Positions 20,674 to 31,099 of a stretch of 64,000 bases of DNA are shown piece after piece. Position 1 is the first letter of the stretch; each line of letters begins with the position of its first letter. The notes beneath the pieces are model-generated. The model did not search any database, was not told the origin of the DNA, and saw nothing but the letters and a program-made list of their open reading frames with translations. The DNA comes from Promethearchaeota archaeon. Its GTDB lineage: Archaea > Asgardarchaeota > Lokiarchaeia > Sigyniarchaeales > SOKP01. The position numbers and the translations under genes are program-made. The stretch covers positions 128,001-192,000 of the forward strand of contig JBHLLT010000001.1 of NCBI GenBank assembly GCA_048938855.1. The letters run 5' to 3'.

Positions 20674-21684
20674 TTATTTAATTTCCCAAACTTCAAGACC
20701 CCTTGGATTAAAGTGAAAATTGACAATTTTGCCACCAATTTTTTCTAACTCCTGAATTACTTTATATTTTTGATTGGGTTCAGAAAATAGTAATAAATGG
20801 CCTCCACCTCCAGCACCTAATAGTTTTCCACCCAAAACACCGAATTTTCTTGAAGTTAAATAAAAATTTTCTATTGCTTTATTTGATATTTTACTGCTTA
20901 AGCTTTTTTTAGCTAACCAACCTTTATGTAAGAGTTCTCCAAATTCATTTAACATTTTTAGATTATTAGATTCGATAATACTTCTCATCGAATAAGCAAC
21001 TTCTTTTAGGTCTTCCATCGCTTCAATATACGACTTCTTTTCGATTTTATATCCTTTCAAAACCTCATCTTGTATCTCAGAAGAAAAATGAGAACCCCCT
21101 ATATAACATAATATTAACCGAAATTGGAGCTCATTGATCATTTCTTGACTTGTGTTTATTGGAATTAAATTCACCTTATCAGTGAATTCTATAAAATTAA
21201 AGCCTCCATAAACCGCAGCAAATTGATCTTGATATCCTCCTTTCTGTTTTAATTCAATTCGTTCAATATCGTATACTTTTTGGGCAATATCATATTTCGA
21301 AAATCCTAAATTATAATATTTATTTAAAGCACCAATTAATGCAACTGACAATGAAGAAGATCCCCCCATTCCAGAACCTGCAGGAAGTTCTGAATGTACA
21401 ATAATATTTAATCCCTCTTCTATTTTTAAAACATTAATTATACCTTTAAATAATTCAAAATCAGTTGAATAATCTCTATCTCCTATTTTAAACTCAAATT
21501 CTTTATTGAAAGCTGTTGAAAAAATATGAATCTTATTGTCCTTTCTTGGTTTTAAAGTGATGTATACATGGCGATCAATAGTTGTACTTATAACACATCC
21601 ACCATGTTCAACACAATATGGAGCCATATCAGTACCACCTCCACCAAAACTCACTCTAAATGGTGCCTTTGAACGTAATATCAT
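20674..21684 (-). CDS. hddA: D-glycero-alpha-D-manno-heptose-7-phosphate kinase (GHMP family)
   Basis: APFRVSFGGGGTD, PAGSGMGGSS, GGYQDQ, GKLLGAGGGG; adjacent to gmhA. Probable start is the ATG at 21684. Confidence 0.88.
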   Translation of the reverse strand: MILRSKAPFRVSFGGGGTDMAPYCVEHGGCVISTTIDRHVYITLKPRKDNKIHIFSTAFNKEFEFKIGDRDYSTDFELFKGIINVLKIEEGLNIIVHSELPAGSGMGGSSSLSVALIGALNKYYNLGFSKYDIAQKVYDIERIELKQKGGYQDQFAAVYGGFNFIEFTDKVNLIPINTSQEMINELQFRLILCYIGGSHFSSEIQDEVLKGYKIEKKSYIEAMEDLKEVAYSMRSIIESNNLKMLNEFGELLHKGWLAKKSLSSKISNKAIENFYLTSRKFGVLGGKLLGAGGGGHLLLFSEPNQKYKVIQELEKIGGKIVNFHFNPRGLEVWEIK

Positions 21685-21872
21685 ATAAAGCACTTTTTTT
21701 GGAATTGTAAAATACAATCAAATTTGTTCATGTTAAATCATTAAAAAATTTGATTATGAATTCACATAATTAATCAAATTTCTAATTCATTTCTAATAAG
21801 TTATCATATTCTTTAATTTAAATAATAACTTAAGTACTATTGAAATATCAAAACTAATCTTAAATAAATGAT

Positions 21873-23006
21873 ATGACTAAAAAAGTATTAGTGACGGGTG
21901 GAGCTGGTTTTATTGGTTCCCATTTGGTGGATGATTTAATCAAACAAAAAGGGCATGAAGTGACTATTGTTGATACTTTAGAAGAACAGGTTCATGGAAA
22001 ATTAACACATCCTCCAAACTATCTTAATAAAGATGCTAAATTTTATCGTAGTTCTGTAACTGATTATAAAACGTTAGAAGATTTAGTACGAGATACTGAC
22101 ATCATTTTTCATTTAGCAGCTAAGGTAGGAGTTGGACAATCAATGTATAAAATTAAAGAATATATCAACAATAACATACTAGGATTGGGGAATTTACTTG
22201 ATATTTTAATCAATAGTACACATAATGTGAAAAAAGTTATTTTAGCATCATCTAACACTGTTTATGGAGAAGGAAAATCAGTTTGTGATAAATGTGGGAT
22301 AATATTTCCAGAATTAAGAACAATAAGTCAATTAAAACGCCAGATTTGGGATTTAAAATGCCCTAATTGCGGATTAGTTGTAAAACCTCTTTTAACAGGA
22401 GAAAATTCGTCATTAAATCCTAGTTCGATTTATGCATACACGAAATTAGCTCAAGAAAAGATTGGCTTAATGATTGCAAACACTTATGGAATTAAAATGT
22501 CTGTTTTAAGATTTTTTTTAGTGTATGGTCCTAGACAAGCACTTTCAAATCCATACACGGGAGTGTGTTCTATATTTTGCACTAGAGCTCTTAATGGAAA
22601 ACCTCCCATAATATTCGAAGATGGAAAACAAACTCGAGACTTTGTGAATGTAAGAGATGTTTGTCATGCTTTAGTTCTGGCCATGGAAAAAGCTGAAACT
22701 AATGGTGAAATTTTTAATGTTGGTACAGGTGTACCAATGACAATAGCAGAAGTAGCAGAGATTATTACTAAAAAAATTAACCCAAATTTAAAACCAATAT
22801 ACAATCTTAATTATAGAATTGGTGATATCCGACATTGTGTTGCTGATATTTCTAAAATAAAGGAAAAACTAGGATTTTCACCAATGGTAAGTTTTAGAGA
22901 AGGGATAGATAATTTAATAAATTGGGTGAAGTCTCAAAAAAAAGATATAATAAAACCTTCGGATATTGCTATACAAGAATTAAAAGAAAAAGGATTATTA
23001 AAATAA
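21873..23006 (+). CDS. NAD-dependent nucleotide-sugar epimerase with a CxxC..CxxC insertion (WbiB-like)
   Basis: TGGAGFIG, AAKVGVGQSMY, YAYTK, GPRQALSNPYTGV, CDKC...CPNC. Confidence 0.85.
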   Translation: MTKKVLVTGGAGFIGSHLVDDLIKQKGHEVTIVDTLEEQVHGKLTHPPNYLNKDAKFYRSSVTDYKTLEDLVRDTDIIFHLAAKVGVGQSMYKIKEYINNNILGLGNLLDILINSTHNVKKVILASSNTVYGEGKSVCDKCGIIFPELRTISQLKRQIWDLKCPNCGLVVKPLLTGENSSLNPSSIYAYTKLAQEKIGLMIANTYGIKMSVLRFFLVYGPRQALSNPYTGVCSIFCTRALNGKPPIIFEDGKQTRDFVNVRDVCHALVLAMEKAETNGEIFNVGTGVPMTIAEVAEIITKKINPNLKPIYNLNYRIGDIRHCVADISKIKEKLGFSPMVSFREGIDNLINWVKSQKKDIIKPSDIAIQELKEKGLLK

Positions 23007-23039
23007 ATCATAATCTAATTTTTTAACTTATAGTTTAAT

Positions 23040-24104
23040 ATGGAAAAAATTCTTATTTCTGGAGCCAATGGTTTTTTAGGATCACATTTAATTGATTTTG
23101 CCATTAATCAAGGCAAAATGGTATATGGGATCGATCTTCCTGATCGTCCTCGATACAACTTAGCACATTACACTGAAGGAAAGATTCGCTTTACTTTAAA
23201 AGAGAAATTGAAAGCATTTGAAGATTTTATTCAAATTCCAACATCCAACAAAGCTTTTATTTTTCTTGAATGTAACCTAAATAATGCAGAATTGTTAGAA
23301 AAAATACTCCTAAAATTTAAACCAAGATATGTTTTTCATTTTGGAGCTCAGCCATTAGTTATTCCTTCATGGAAAGATCCTGTAGGGACTATTGAAACAA
23401 ATGTTATAGGAACTATTAATCTTTTTGAGATAATTAAAAAACACAAAATAAATAGTAGAGTGATAACTGCTTGTACAAGTGCTGAATATGGATCCAGCAC
23501 TGCATTTAACCGACCGTTAAGAGAAACTGATCCATTATTAGCAATACATCCCTATGGTATTAGTAAAATAGCCGCTGAATTACTTGCTCGTCAATATTAT
23601 ATTAATTTTGGAATTGAAATTATAAATCTCAGGTTTTTTAACCAAACAGGTCCTAGAAAAAAAGGAGATGCATGTGCTGATTTCATGAGCAAAATCGCAA
23701 AAATTGAATTAGGATTATCAGAACCAGTAATCGAGGTTGGAAATTTAAATGCATATCGTGATTTTACGGGAATAAAGGATTCACTTAAAGCAATTTGGAA
23801 AGCAGCAACAAACGGTAAACCTGGAGAGACATATAACGTCTGTTCAGGTAGAAAAATTCAAATAAGACAAATTTTAAAAATTGCATTAAGTTTTTCATCG
23901 AAAGATATTAAGGTTATAGAGAATGTACCTCAAAAATTAAGAAAAACCGATGAGGATATTATCATCGGAGATAACTCTAAAATAAAAAATGAGCTAGGAT
24001 GGGATATTTCAATTCCTATTGAGGAAACCCTAAAAGATATGTTTGATTATTGGATAAATTATTACAAGAAATATGGAATAGAAGAACAGCCCATAAGTAA
24101 ATGA
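23040..24104 (+). CDS. GDP-mannose 4,6-dehydratase / GDP-4-keto-6-deoxy-sugar reductase (Gmd/Rmd) family
   Basis: SGANGFLG, TSAEYG, PYGISK, RFFNQTGPR, VGNLNAYRDF. Confidence 0.82.
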   Translation: MEKILISGANGFLGSHLIDFAINQGKMVYGIDLPDRPRYNLAHYTEGKIRFTLKEKLKAFEDFIQIPTSNKAFIFLECNLNNAELLEKILLKFKPRYVFHFGAQPLVIPSWKDPVGTIETNVIGTINLFEIIKKHKINSRVITACTSAEYGSSTAFNRPLRETDPLLAIHPYGISKIAAELLARQYYINFGIEIINLRFFNQTGPRKKGDACADFMSKIAKIELGLSEPVIEVGNLNAYRDFTGIKDSLKAIWKAATNGKPGETYNVCSGRKIQIRQILKIALSFSSKDIKVIENVPQKLRKTDEDIIIGDNSKIKNELGWDISIPIEETLKDMFDYWINYYKKYGIEEQPISK

Positions 24105-24106
24105 TT

Positions 24107-27100
24107 TTATTTTCTTCTAAAATTAAACTTAATTTTTTTAATTTTTTCTCTAGTTATTCTAGATTTACAATGTGGACATTCAATTTCAGAACCCTTCTTT
24201 AATTTTGATATTATATTATCTTTTAAGGCAGCAGAACAATCTTTATTTGGACATATATTTAAAATACCAGATATAAGATTTTTCTCTTCAGAAAAATCTT
24301 TAGATAGAATCTCAAGATCTTCAATATTAATTTTTTCTGTGATTGTGTTTTGATTTCTATCCAGAAACTCCTTCAAATAGTTCGATTCTGTGCCAATTCT
24401 TAATACTATCTTTTCATCAACCTTATATCCATGCTTTTTGCGGATGAATTGTATATTTCTAATTAAATCATTTACCACTCGCTCAGCTAATATAGAATCA
24501 TCAACAGATATATCTAGATAAACATTACAGAATTTAGATTCCGCTTTAATTAAATGGTCGGATGGCTTAATTGAATTGACAATTTCCAATTCTTTTACAT
24601 TCCCAATTTTCTTAATAATTTCAGGAAATTCCAGTTTTGGCATATCTTTTTTTGCTTCTAATATGATTTTTTTATTTGGCCACCTTAATCTAATTCTGTT
24701 TTCATCTTTTATAGCTCTCACAATTTCTATTAATTCTCGTGTAAAATGCATTTGTTGTTCTAATTCTTCTTGTATTAATTTTTCATCATATTTTGGCCAA
24801 TCTTGTAAATGAATACTTTCTGATTCTTCAAAACCAATTGATTTTAAGTGTGATTTGAACATTTTGAGAAAAATCTCTTCACTTATCATAGGATTAATCG
24901 GCGCTAATAATAAAAGAACTTTATATAACACATGGTAAAGAACTTCCATTATTAATAATTTATTTGGATCTTCTGAATAAATATCAAGTTTTTCCCGGTT
25001 TAGCATTATATACCATCTGCTAATGTCATTTACAATTAGATCCCTTAACTCCTCTGTAATCCATGGAAGTTGATATTCATCTGATAATTGTGTTATTTTC
25101 TTAATTGTAGAATTTAGTCTTGAAATAATCCATTTATCTAATTTACCAATCCTTTTTAGATCCAATCTATTCTTTGAAGGATTAAAATCAGCCAATTTAA
25201 ACTTTTCATTTGCGTATACATAGACATTCCATATTGTATTAATAATTTTATAGGTGTCGGTATATTCTTTAAGATTAAAATTGAAATCTCGGCCAGGTTG
25301 AGTTACGCCTATACAATAAAAGCGAAAAGTCTCAGCTCCTTTAATATCAGAATAAGATTTCTTTTTTTGCAATTCTGGAACTGTACCTTCTATAAGATCT
25401 TCAGGATTTATAACAGTACCCTTCGATTTACTCATTTTAGCTTTTTCCATTAACACCCAACCATGCATATAGCATGCATTATAATTCTTGCGACCTGAGG
25501 ATACCATTGCACTATTTAATAAACTATTAAACCATCCCCTAATTTGATCTTTTCCTTCTATTATGAAATCTGCTGGTACCCAAGTGTCATAATGACTCTT
25601 ACCATCATAAATTTCTTGAGCTGCCCACATAACTGAACCAGAATCTAACCATACATCTAGAATATCTGGTATTCTTCTCATTGTGCCTTTATTACAATCC
25701 TTACAATTCCAAGTAACTTGATCAATCCAAGGTCTATGTAAATCCTCAGGGCATTCTCCTGCAATTTCTTTTAATTCTTGACTGGAACCAATTACTTTAA
25801 CTTTTTTACAATCTTCATTATCACATATCCAAACACTTAAGGGAATACCCCAAAAGCGTTGCCTAGATATACACCAATCCTTTAAGGTTGTTAACCAACT
25901 TTTAAACCATCTGTTTCCTGCCCAATCCGGTATCCAATAGATTTCTTCATTTTTTTCAAGTAATTTTGGAATTAAACTTTCGGTTTTAAAGAACCATTGA
26001 TTTGTAGCTCTATAAACTAATTTTGAATCACACCTCCAACAATGTGCATATTCATGTTCGATTTCACGGGTTAAAATCAGCATTCCCTTTTCTTTTAATA
26101 ATTCTAATATTTTTTTATTGGCATCAAAAACATACATCCCTTCAAATTTTCCTGCTTCCTTCTTATATACACCTCTAATGTTAACAGGGTTAAAGATGGG
26201 TATATTATTAGCAACCCCGACTTCGAAATCTTCAGGACCATGTCCTGGAGCTGTATGTACTAAGCCGACTCCCTCTGATGCTGAGACATATTCTTCCGAA
26301 AGTATTATAGAATGAATTTTTTCACTTTGTTTTGCTAATTCTCGTTGGAAGGGAACTTCATCCAATAAAGGATGTATATATTTTTTACCTTCTAATTCTT
26401 CTCCATAGAAATCTTCCACAATTTTATATTTATATCCTAATTCTCCAGAAATTAGGTGTGTTATTGAATTTTTTGATAATATCCAATATTCTTTTAAATC
26501 TTCAATATATACTTTAGCATATTCAGCAACAGGATTTACCATTATAGCAGAGTTAGCAACTAATGTCCAAGGAGTAGTAGTCCAAATAATATAATAAGTA
26601 TCATCCATATCTTCTGATTTAATTTTTAAGAATAAACTTGTATCCTTAATATTTTTATATTCATGCTCATGTTTCGCTAAAGCAGTTGCACATCGAGGAC
26701 AACAATTCAAAGGTCGATAAAACCTATATAATAAATCATTTTCCCAAGCTTTCTTTAAAGTCCACCAAATTCCTTCAATATAACTATTTTTAAACGTTAT
26801 GTAAGGATTATCCCAATCCCAAAAATAACAGCCTAATCTTTTAAATTGGTCGTTCATTATTGCTAGATTTTTTAAAGCGAATTCTTTACAATTCACAATA
26901 AATCTATCCATCCCGTATTTTTGGATTTCTTGCTTGTTTTTGATTCCTAATTCTTTTTCCATTTGAACTTCAATAGGTAATCCATGAGTATCATAACCAG
27001 GAGTATCGGTAACTTTAAAACCTTTCATCCGTTTATATTTTATTAAATAATCTTTTAGTATTTTATTCCATGCTGTTCCTAGATGAATAGAACCAGTAGT

Positions 27101-27253
27101 ATAAGGAGGCCCGTCAATAAATCGCCATGTTTTCTTACCCGCTTCTTTTTTTCTAATTAAGGAATAAATATCTTCTTTATTCCAGAATTGCAATATATTT
27201 TCTTCTAAATCTGTTAAATTGAGCTTTTTATTCAATTCTTCCACGAAAATCAT
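24107..27253 (-). CDS. ileS: Isoleucine--tRNA ligase (archaeal/eukaryotic type)
   Basis: DGPPY, HLGT (HIGH), GYDTHGLPIE, WTTTPWTL, DWCISRQRFWG, EGKDQIRGWF, KMSKS. Confidence 0.98.
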   Translation of the reverse strand: MIFVEELNKKLNLTDLEENILQFWNKEDIYSLIRKKEAGKKTWRFIDGPPYTTGSIHLGTAWNKILKDYLIKYKRMKGFKVTDTPGYDTHGLPIEVQMEKELGIKNKQEIQKYGMDRFIVNCKEFALKNLAIMNDQFKRLGCYFWDWDNPYITFKNSYIEGIWWTLKKAWENDLLYRFYRPLNCCPRCATALAKHEHEYKNIKDTSLFLKIKSEDMDDTYYIIWTTTPWTLVANSAIMVNPVAEYAKVYIEDLKEYWILSKNSITHLISGELGYKYKIVEDFYGEELEGKKYIHPLLDEVPFQRELAKQSEKIHSIILSEEYVSASEGVGLVHTAPGHGPEDFEVGVANNIPIFNPVNIRGVYKKEAGKFEGMYVFDANKKILELLKEKGMLILTREIEHEYAHCWRCDSKLVYRATNQWFFKTESLIPKLLEKNEEIYWIPDWAGNRWFKSWLTTLKDWCISRQRFWGIPLSVWICDNEDCKKVKVIGSSQELKEIAGECPEDLHRPWIDQVTWNCKDCNKGTMRRIPDILDVWLDSGSVMWAAQEIYDGKSHYDTWVPADFIIEGKDQIRGWFNSLLNSAMVSSGRKNYNACYMHGWVLMEKAKMSKSKGTVINPEDLIEGTVPELQKKKSYSDIKGAETFRFYCIGVTQPGRDFNFNLKEYTDTYKIINTIWNVYVYANEKFKLADFNPSKNRLDLKRIGKLDKWIISRLNSTIKKITQLSDEYQLPWITEELRDLIVNDISRWYIMLNREKLDIYSEDPNKLLIMEVLYHVLYKVLLLLAPINPMISEEIFLKMFKSHLKSIGFEESESIHLQDWPKYDEKLIQEELEQQMHFTRELIEIVRAIKDENRIRLRWPNKKIILEAKKDMPKLEFPEIIKKIGNVKELEIVNSIKPSDHLIKAESKFCNVYLDISVDDSILAERVVNDLIRNIQFIRKKHGYKVDEKIVLRIGTESNYLKEFLDRNQNTITEKINIEDLEILSKDFSEEKNLISGILNICPNKDCSAALKDNIISKLKKGSEIECPHCKSRITREKIKKIKFNFRRK

Positions 27254-27558
27254 CTAATGAAAATGTGAATGTATATATTAAGAAGCTCAAATTAAAAAAT
27301 TTAATTAATTCATCTAAAAACTTATATATGGAGACTTTAAATTTAACAATAATATAGAATCTTTCAATAGAATGCTCTATTTTTAAATTGGGCATTATTA
27401 TAAATCAGATTTTCAATAAATATAATGATTTTTTAGTTCTCTTGATTAATTCAAAATTCGAATCATAATCTGTTCAGTTTAATTCTACTAAAATTAATCA
27501 AAGAGAACTCTCAATTTTTGAAAACAAATAATAAATCAAAAGAATATAAAGCTTCTTT

Positions 27559-29217
27559 TTATCTTAAACAAAAACCACATTTTCCAAACGATTTTATAGT
27601 CTGCTCCCAGCAATGATTATGATAAGCTCGATTACAATGTGGGCATTCTGTATGACAACTGTCATCTCCAGCTATTTTTTTAGTACAACTAGGACATTCA
27701 ATTTTGTGGCATATAACACATGAAACCACTGATACTTCGAAAATCTTTTTTGAAATTAAATTAAATAAATCAACGAGATAACTAAAGGGGGTCCATTCTT
27801 TAAAAAAATCATTGAAGGAGGCATGTAAATCATTCTTAATTTTTTCATGAGCTTCAAGTTCAAATTCATTAATAACCTTCACTTCTGGCATTTTCATTGG
27901 ATAATCAATTGGCAGATTAATTTGAAAGTTAAATGTAAGATCTTCTGTCTTCATTTTTCCCTTCATTTCAACATTTAAAGTGGCTGTTGTTTGATCAAAT
28001 TTTATGTTTTTATAATGATCCTTTAATAAATCAATTTCAAAATTAATTCTTGAATTTTTATCGACTAACCAGGAGATTTCTCTGATGATTTCAACTGGTT
28101 CAGTTTCATTTTCCATCCAACCTTGATAAGCGTTTAATTCCTCAATAGGTTTTTTAATAATATCCAGTAATTCAGGATCCAATTCAATAATCGGAGGATT
28201 TGGATAGGGATCTAAATCAATTTCCATTATATACTCTTTAAATCCATAAGTCAGTAGATTGACCTTCAATTTTGTTAAACTATTCGGAATATTTTCACAT
28301 TGATACTCTCCAGATATTTTCTTAGACTGTATTTCAATTTCTTTTACAAAAAAGAGTTTCTTTTCTAACTCATGTAATACGTCTACAATATGTGGAGACT
28401 TTTTGGAATCCCATTCTTTTAAATTGTCAATTGATGTATAAGGATCTCCTAAAATACTCCTTGTCTCGTCTGAGAATGTTATGATTGGTCTTTCTGGATA
28501 ATTCATGAAATCTATTGTAATTATAAATGTTTTTGTAAGAGTTATAGTTATATAAATATTGACTACTGCTCGCCTAGAATCAATTTGATCATAAGCATAT
28601 TCTTGTTGAATTAAACTAAGTTCGGTGTTGATAAGCACCCCTAAATCTTCACTATCTTCTATTATATATTCATCTTGAACTATATTCGATCCTAAATTTT
28701 GTCTAAGTTCTTGAGGTGAACTACTTGATGAATTGTCTGTATAAAATAAATCATCTGTCTTTTCTAGGGAAGTGATATTTTCATCATATTGAAAATCTGG
28801 AGGATAAGCATTTAGATCGGGCGTTATAAATTCTTCTTCTTCGGTTGTAATTTTATTAACATATTCATCACTTATACTTTTTTCTTCTACATCTTTTTCT
28901 AAAGATTTAACAGCACTTTCAATTTTAGATCTCAACTCTTCAACAACATCAACTACAGTAGAGTTTGGTGTCCATTTAATTAAATTATTTAACTGAAAAT
29001 CACCTAATAATTTAGTTATTTCATTATGATAAATCATTTGAGGAGGAGAATTTGGAAACTCATCATCAAATTTAATCTCTAACTCATACTTTTTATCTTG
29101 AGCTTCATAAACATAACCATAAAGGTGTGATATTTCACCTGAAACCATCCAAAATGAAAACTCTTTGGCTATTTTTTGAGCTTCTCTTAATATTCTTTGC
29201 CTATCCATAAAAGTCAC
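27559..29217 (-). CDS. Tandem UEV/RWD (E2-like) repeat protein with C-terminal RING finger; putative ubiquitin E3
   Basis: Four [FY]P..[PM]P ... W.. repeats. The C-terminus is CVIC..CPSC..CPHC..YHNHCW..CGFC. Confidence 0.7.
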   Translation of the reverse strand: MTFMDRQRILREAQKIAKEFSFWMVSGEISHLYGYVYEAQDKKYELEIKFDDEFPNSPPQMIYHNEITKLLGDFQLNNLIKWTPNSTVVDVVEELRSKIESAVKSLEKDVEEKSISDEYVNKITTEEEEFITPDLNAYPPDFQYDENITSLEKTDDLFYTDNSSSSSPQELRQNLGSNIVQDEYIIEDSEDLGVLINTELSLIQQEYAYDQIDSRRAVVNIYITITLTKTFIITIDFMNYPERPIITFSDETRSILGDPYTSIDNLKEWDSKKSPHIVDVLHELEKKLFFVKEIEIQSKKISGEYQCENIPNSLTKLKVNLLTYGFKEYIMEIDLDPYPNPPIIELDPELLDIIKKPIEELNAYQGWMENETEPVEIIREISWLVDKNSRINFEIDLLKDHYKNIKFDQTTATLNVEMKGKMKTEDLTFNFQINLPIDYPMKMPEVKVINEFELEAHEKIKNDLHASFNDFFKEWTPFSYLVDLFNLISKKIFEVSVVSCVICHKIECPSCTKKIAGDDSCHTECPHCNRAYHNHCWEQTIKSFGKCGFCLR

Positions 29218-29321
29218 ATTGAAATTAAATAAATTTAATTCTTTATAAACAAAGATAAAATTTTATCTTAAATGTATTTGCACATATTGGATTATTATAT
29301 TTTTTAATATTAAAAAAGAGT

Positions 29322-30848
29322 TCAAATTTGAGAATTTGAATTCTTAAATATTAAACTTCTTAATAAAGCAATGAAATCTTTAATTTCTTTGAAAGTTACT
29401 GCCTTTAATAACAATATTACAATCAAAAATATACCAAAATAAAATCCTGAAAATACTAATAATATCAATACATTGGTTAGATTAAATTGAAAGAAGAGAT
29501 TAATAAGATAGATAAATACCAGCACAGAGGCTGCTGAAATTACATATTTAAATATTGTGGGCAACATATTTGAATCAAAATTTATCTTATTTTTTTTCTT
29601 TACCAAGATGGTTGAATATATTGTATATATTGAATTTGGAATCATTATTGATAATATTGCACCCACAGTGTAAAAAATAGGGATTAAGATGAAACTTAAG
29701 GTGATGGTAAAAACAGAGGCAATAGCGTAAAGTTTATATACTAGCTTTGGTTCGTTAGAAGCCCATAAGAAATAACCCCCAGCTACATCAATTATGTTGA
29801 TATTAAGAAAAAATATATACAACTTTAGATAATCAGCAACAGGAGCATAACTAGGAGCAAACATTAATGCAATTAAAGGATCTGAGAAAAATAGAAAATA
29901 AAAAGATATTGGAATTGTTAACAACAAACCATATTTAAAAATTAAATTATAAATTGTCTGAATCTTTCCTCTTTCCTCAGGCACATCTTTTTGAATATAA
30001 TGAGAAACATAGGGGAGTATAAATCTCGAGAAAATTATTGCAGGGATGGAAAAACTCACAATCATCCATTGTACAATCGTATAATATGCTATTTCACTGT
30101 CATCATAAGCAGCTAAGATAAATTGATTAGAGTATGTGATAACATTTTGAAAAAATACATAAAGAAAAATAAAAATTGAAAATTTCAAGAGAGTTCTCGA
30201 TAACTCACGATTAAATTTAAAAAAGGATGATAAGTAATTGTATTTAATTTGAGCAAAAATTAAGATTACAATTAATTGAATTAACAGGGCAAAGGAAAAT
30301 AACATGACAATTTGAGGCAATGACATATTAACAATAAAGATAAAACTTACAATGATAACTTTTATCACTTTAGAAAAGATAAATGATATAGCGAATAGAT
30401 TAAATTTCCATAAACCTTGAAATATGCTTTCAAAATAATTAACAATATTATTAGAAATTAAGATTAAGGAGGTAAATTTTAGGACAATACCTAGACCTGG
30501 CATATGATAGAATGATTCGAATAAATCAGCACATAAAAAGAGTATTACTGAAAATATTAACGTAAACAGAATAATCCATTTTAATCCTTCAGAAAATAAT
30601 TTAACAAGTTTATTTGGATCTTTATCTTTTTCTGCTGATAATTGCTGGATTATAGTTGTACTTAACCCTACATTTGAAAAAATTGTAAAAAAAGTTAAAA
30701 ATGTCAAAGAAAACTGATAAACCGCATATTCTCCAGGAGGAAAATTATGTGTTAATATTAAAACAATTAATAAATTGGATATAAAGGCTATTAATAAAGT
30801 GATTGAAATTATAAAAAAACTCTTGAATGCCTCTTGTTTATTCTTCAT
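29322..30848 (-). CDS. Oligosaccharide flippase (Wzx/MOP family)
   Basis: About 14 hydrophobic segments, PGEYAVY...FSNVGL pattern, glycan-cluster context. Confidence 0.85.
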   Translation of the reverse strand: MKNKQEAFKSFFIISITLLIAFISNLLIVLILTHNFPPGEYAVYQFSLTFLTFFTIFSNVGLSTTIIQQLSAEKDKDPNKLVKLFSEGLKWIILFTLIFSVILFLCADLFESFYHMPGLGIVLKFTSLILISNNIVNYFESIFQGLWKFNLFAISFIFSKVIKVIIVSFIFIVNMSLPQIVMLFSFALLIQLIVILIFAQIKYNYLSSFFKFNRELSRTLLKFSIFIFLYVFFQNVITYSNQFILAAYDDSEIAYYTIVQWMIVSFSIPAIIFSRFILPYVSHYIQKDVPEERGKIQTIYNLIFKYGLLLTIPISFYFLFFSDPLIALMFAPSYAPVADYLKLYIFFLNINIIDVAGGYFLWASNEPKLVYKLYAIASVFTITLSFILIPIFYTVGAILSIMIPNSIYTIYSTILVKKKNKINFDSNMLPTIFKYVISAASVLVFIYLINLFFQFNLTNVLILLVFSGFYFGIFLIVILLLKAVTFKEIKDFIALLRSLIFKNSNSQI

Positions 30849-31099
30849 TTTAATTTCAAGATTGCTATTTTTTCTTTAATAGATGTAATATTTTTATTGA
30901 TCTTTATTTTCCAATTAAAAGAAATTGTAAATATAATAATATTTGATTTAAAATAACTATTTTCAATATTATTCTATTTAATGTAAATTACCAACTTTTT
31001 TTGTCTATATCAATTTTTAGAATTAATTTTATCAAAAAAGAATAATTAAAAATATAAAGTTAAAACCTAAATCGCTTAATAATAAATTAATGGTTAAAA

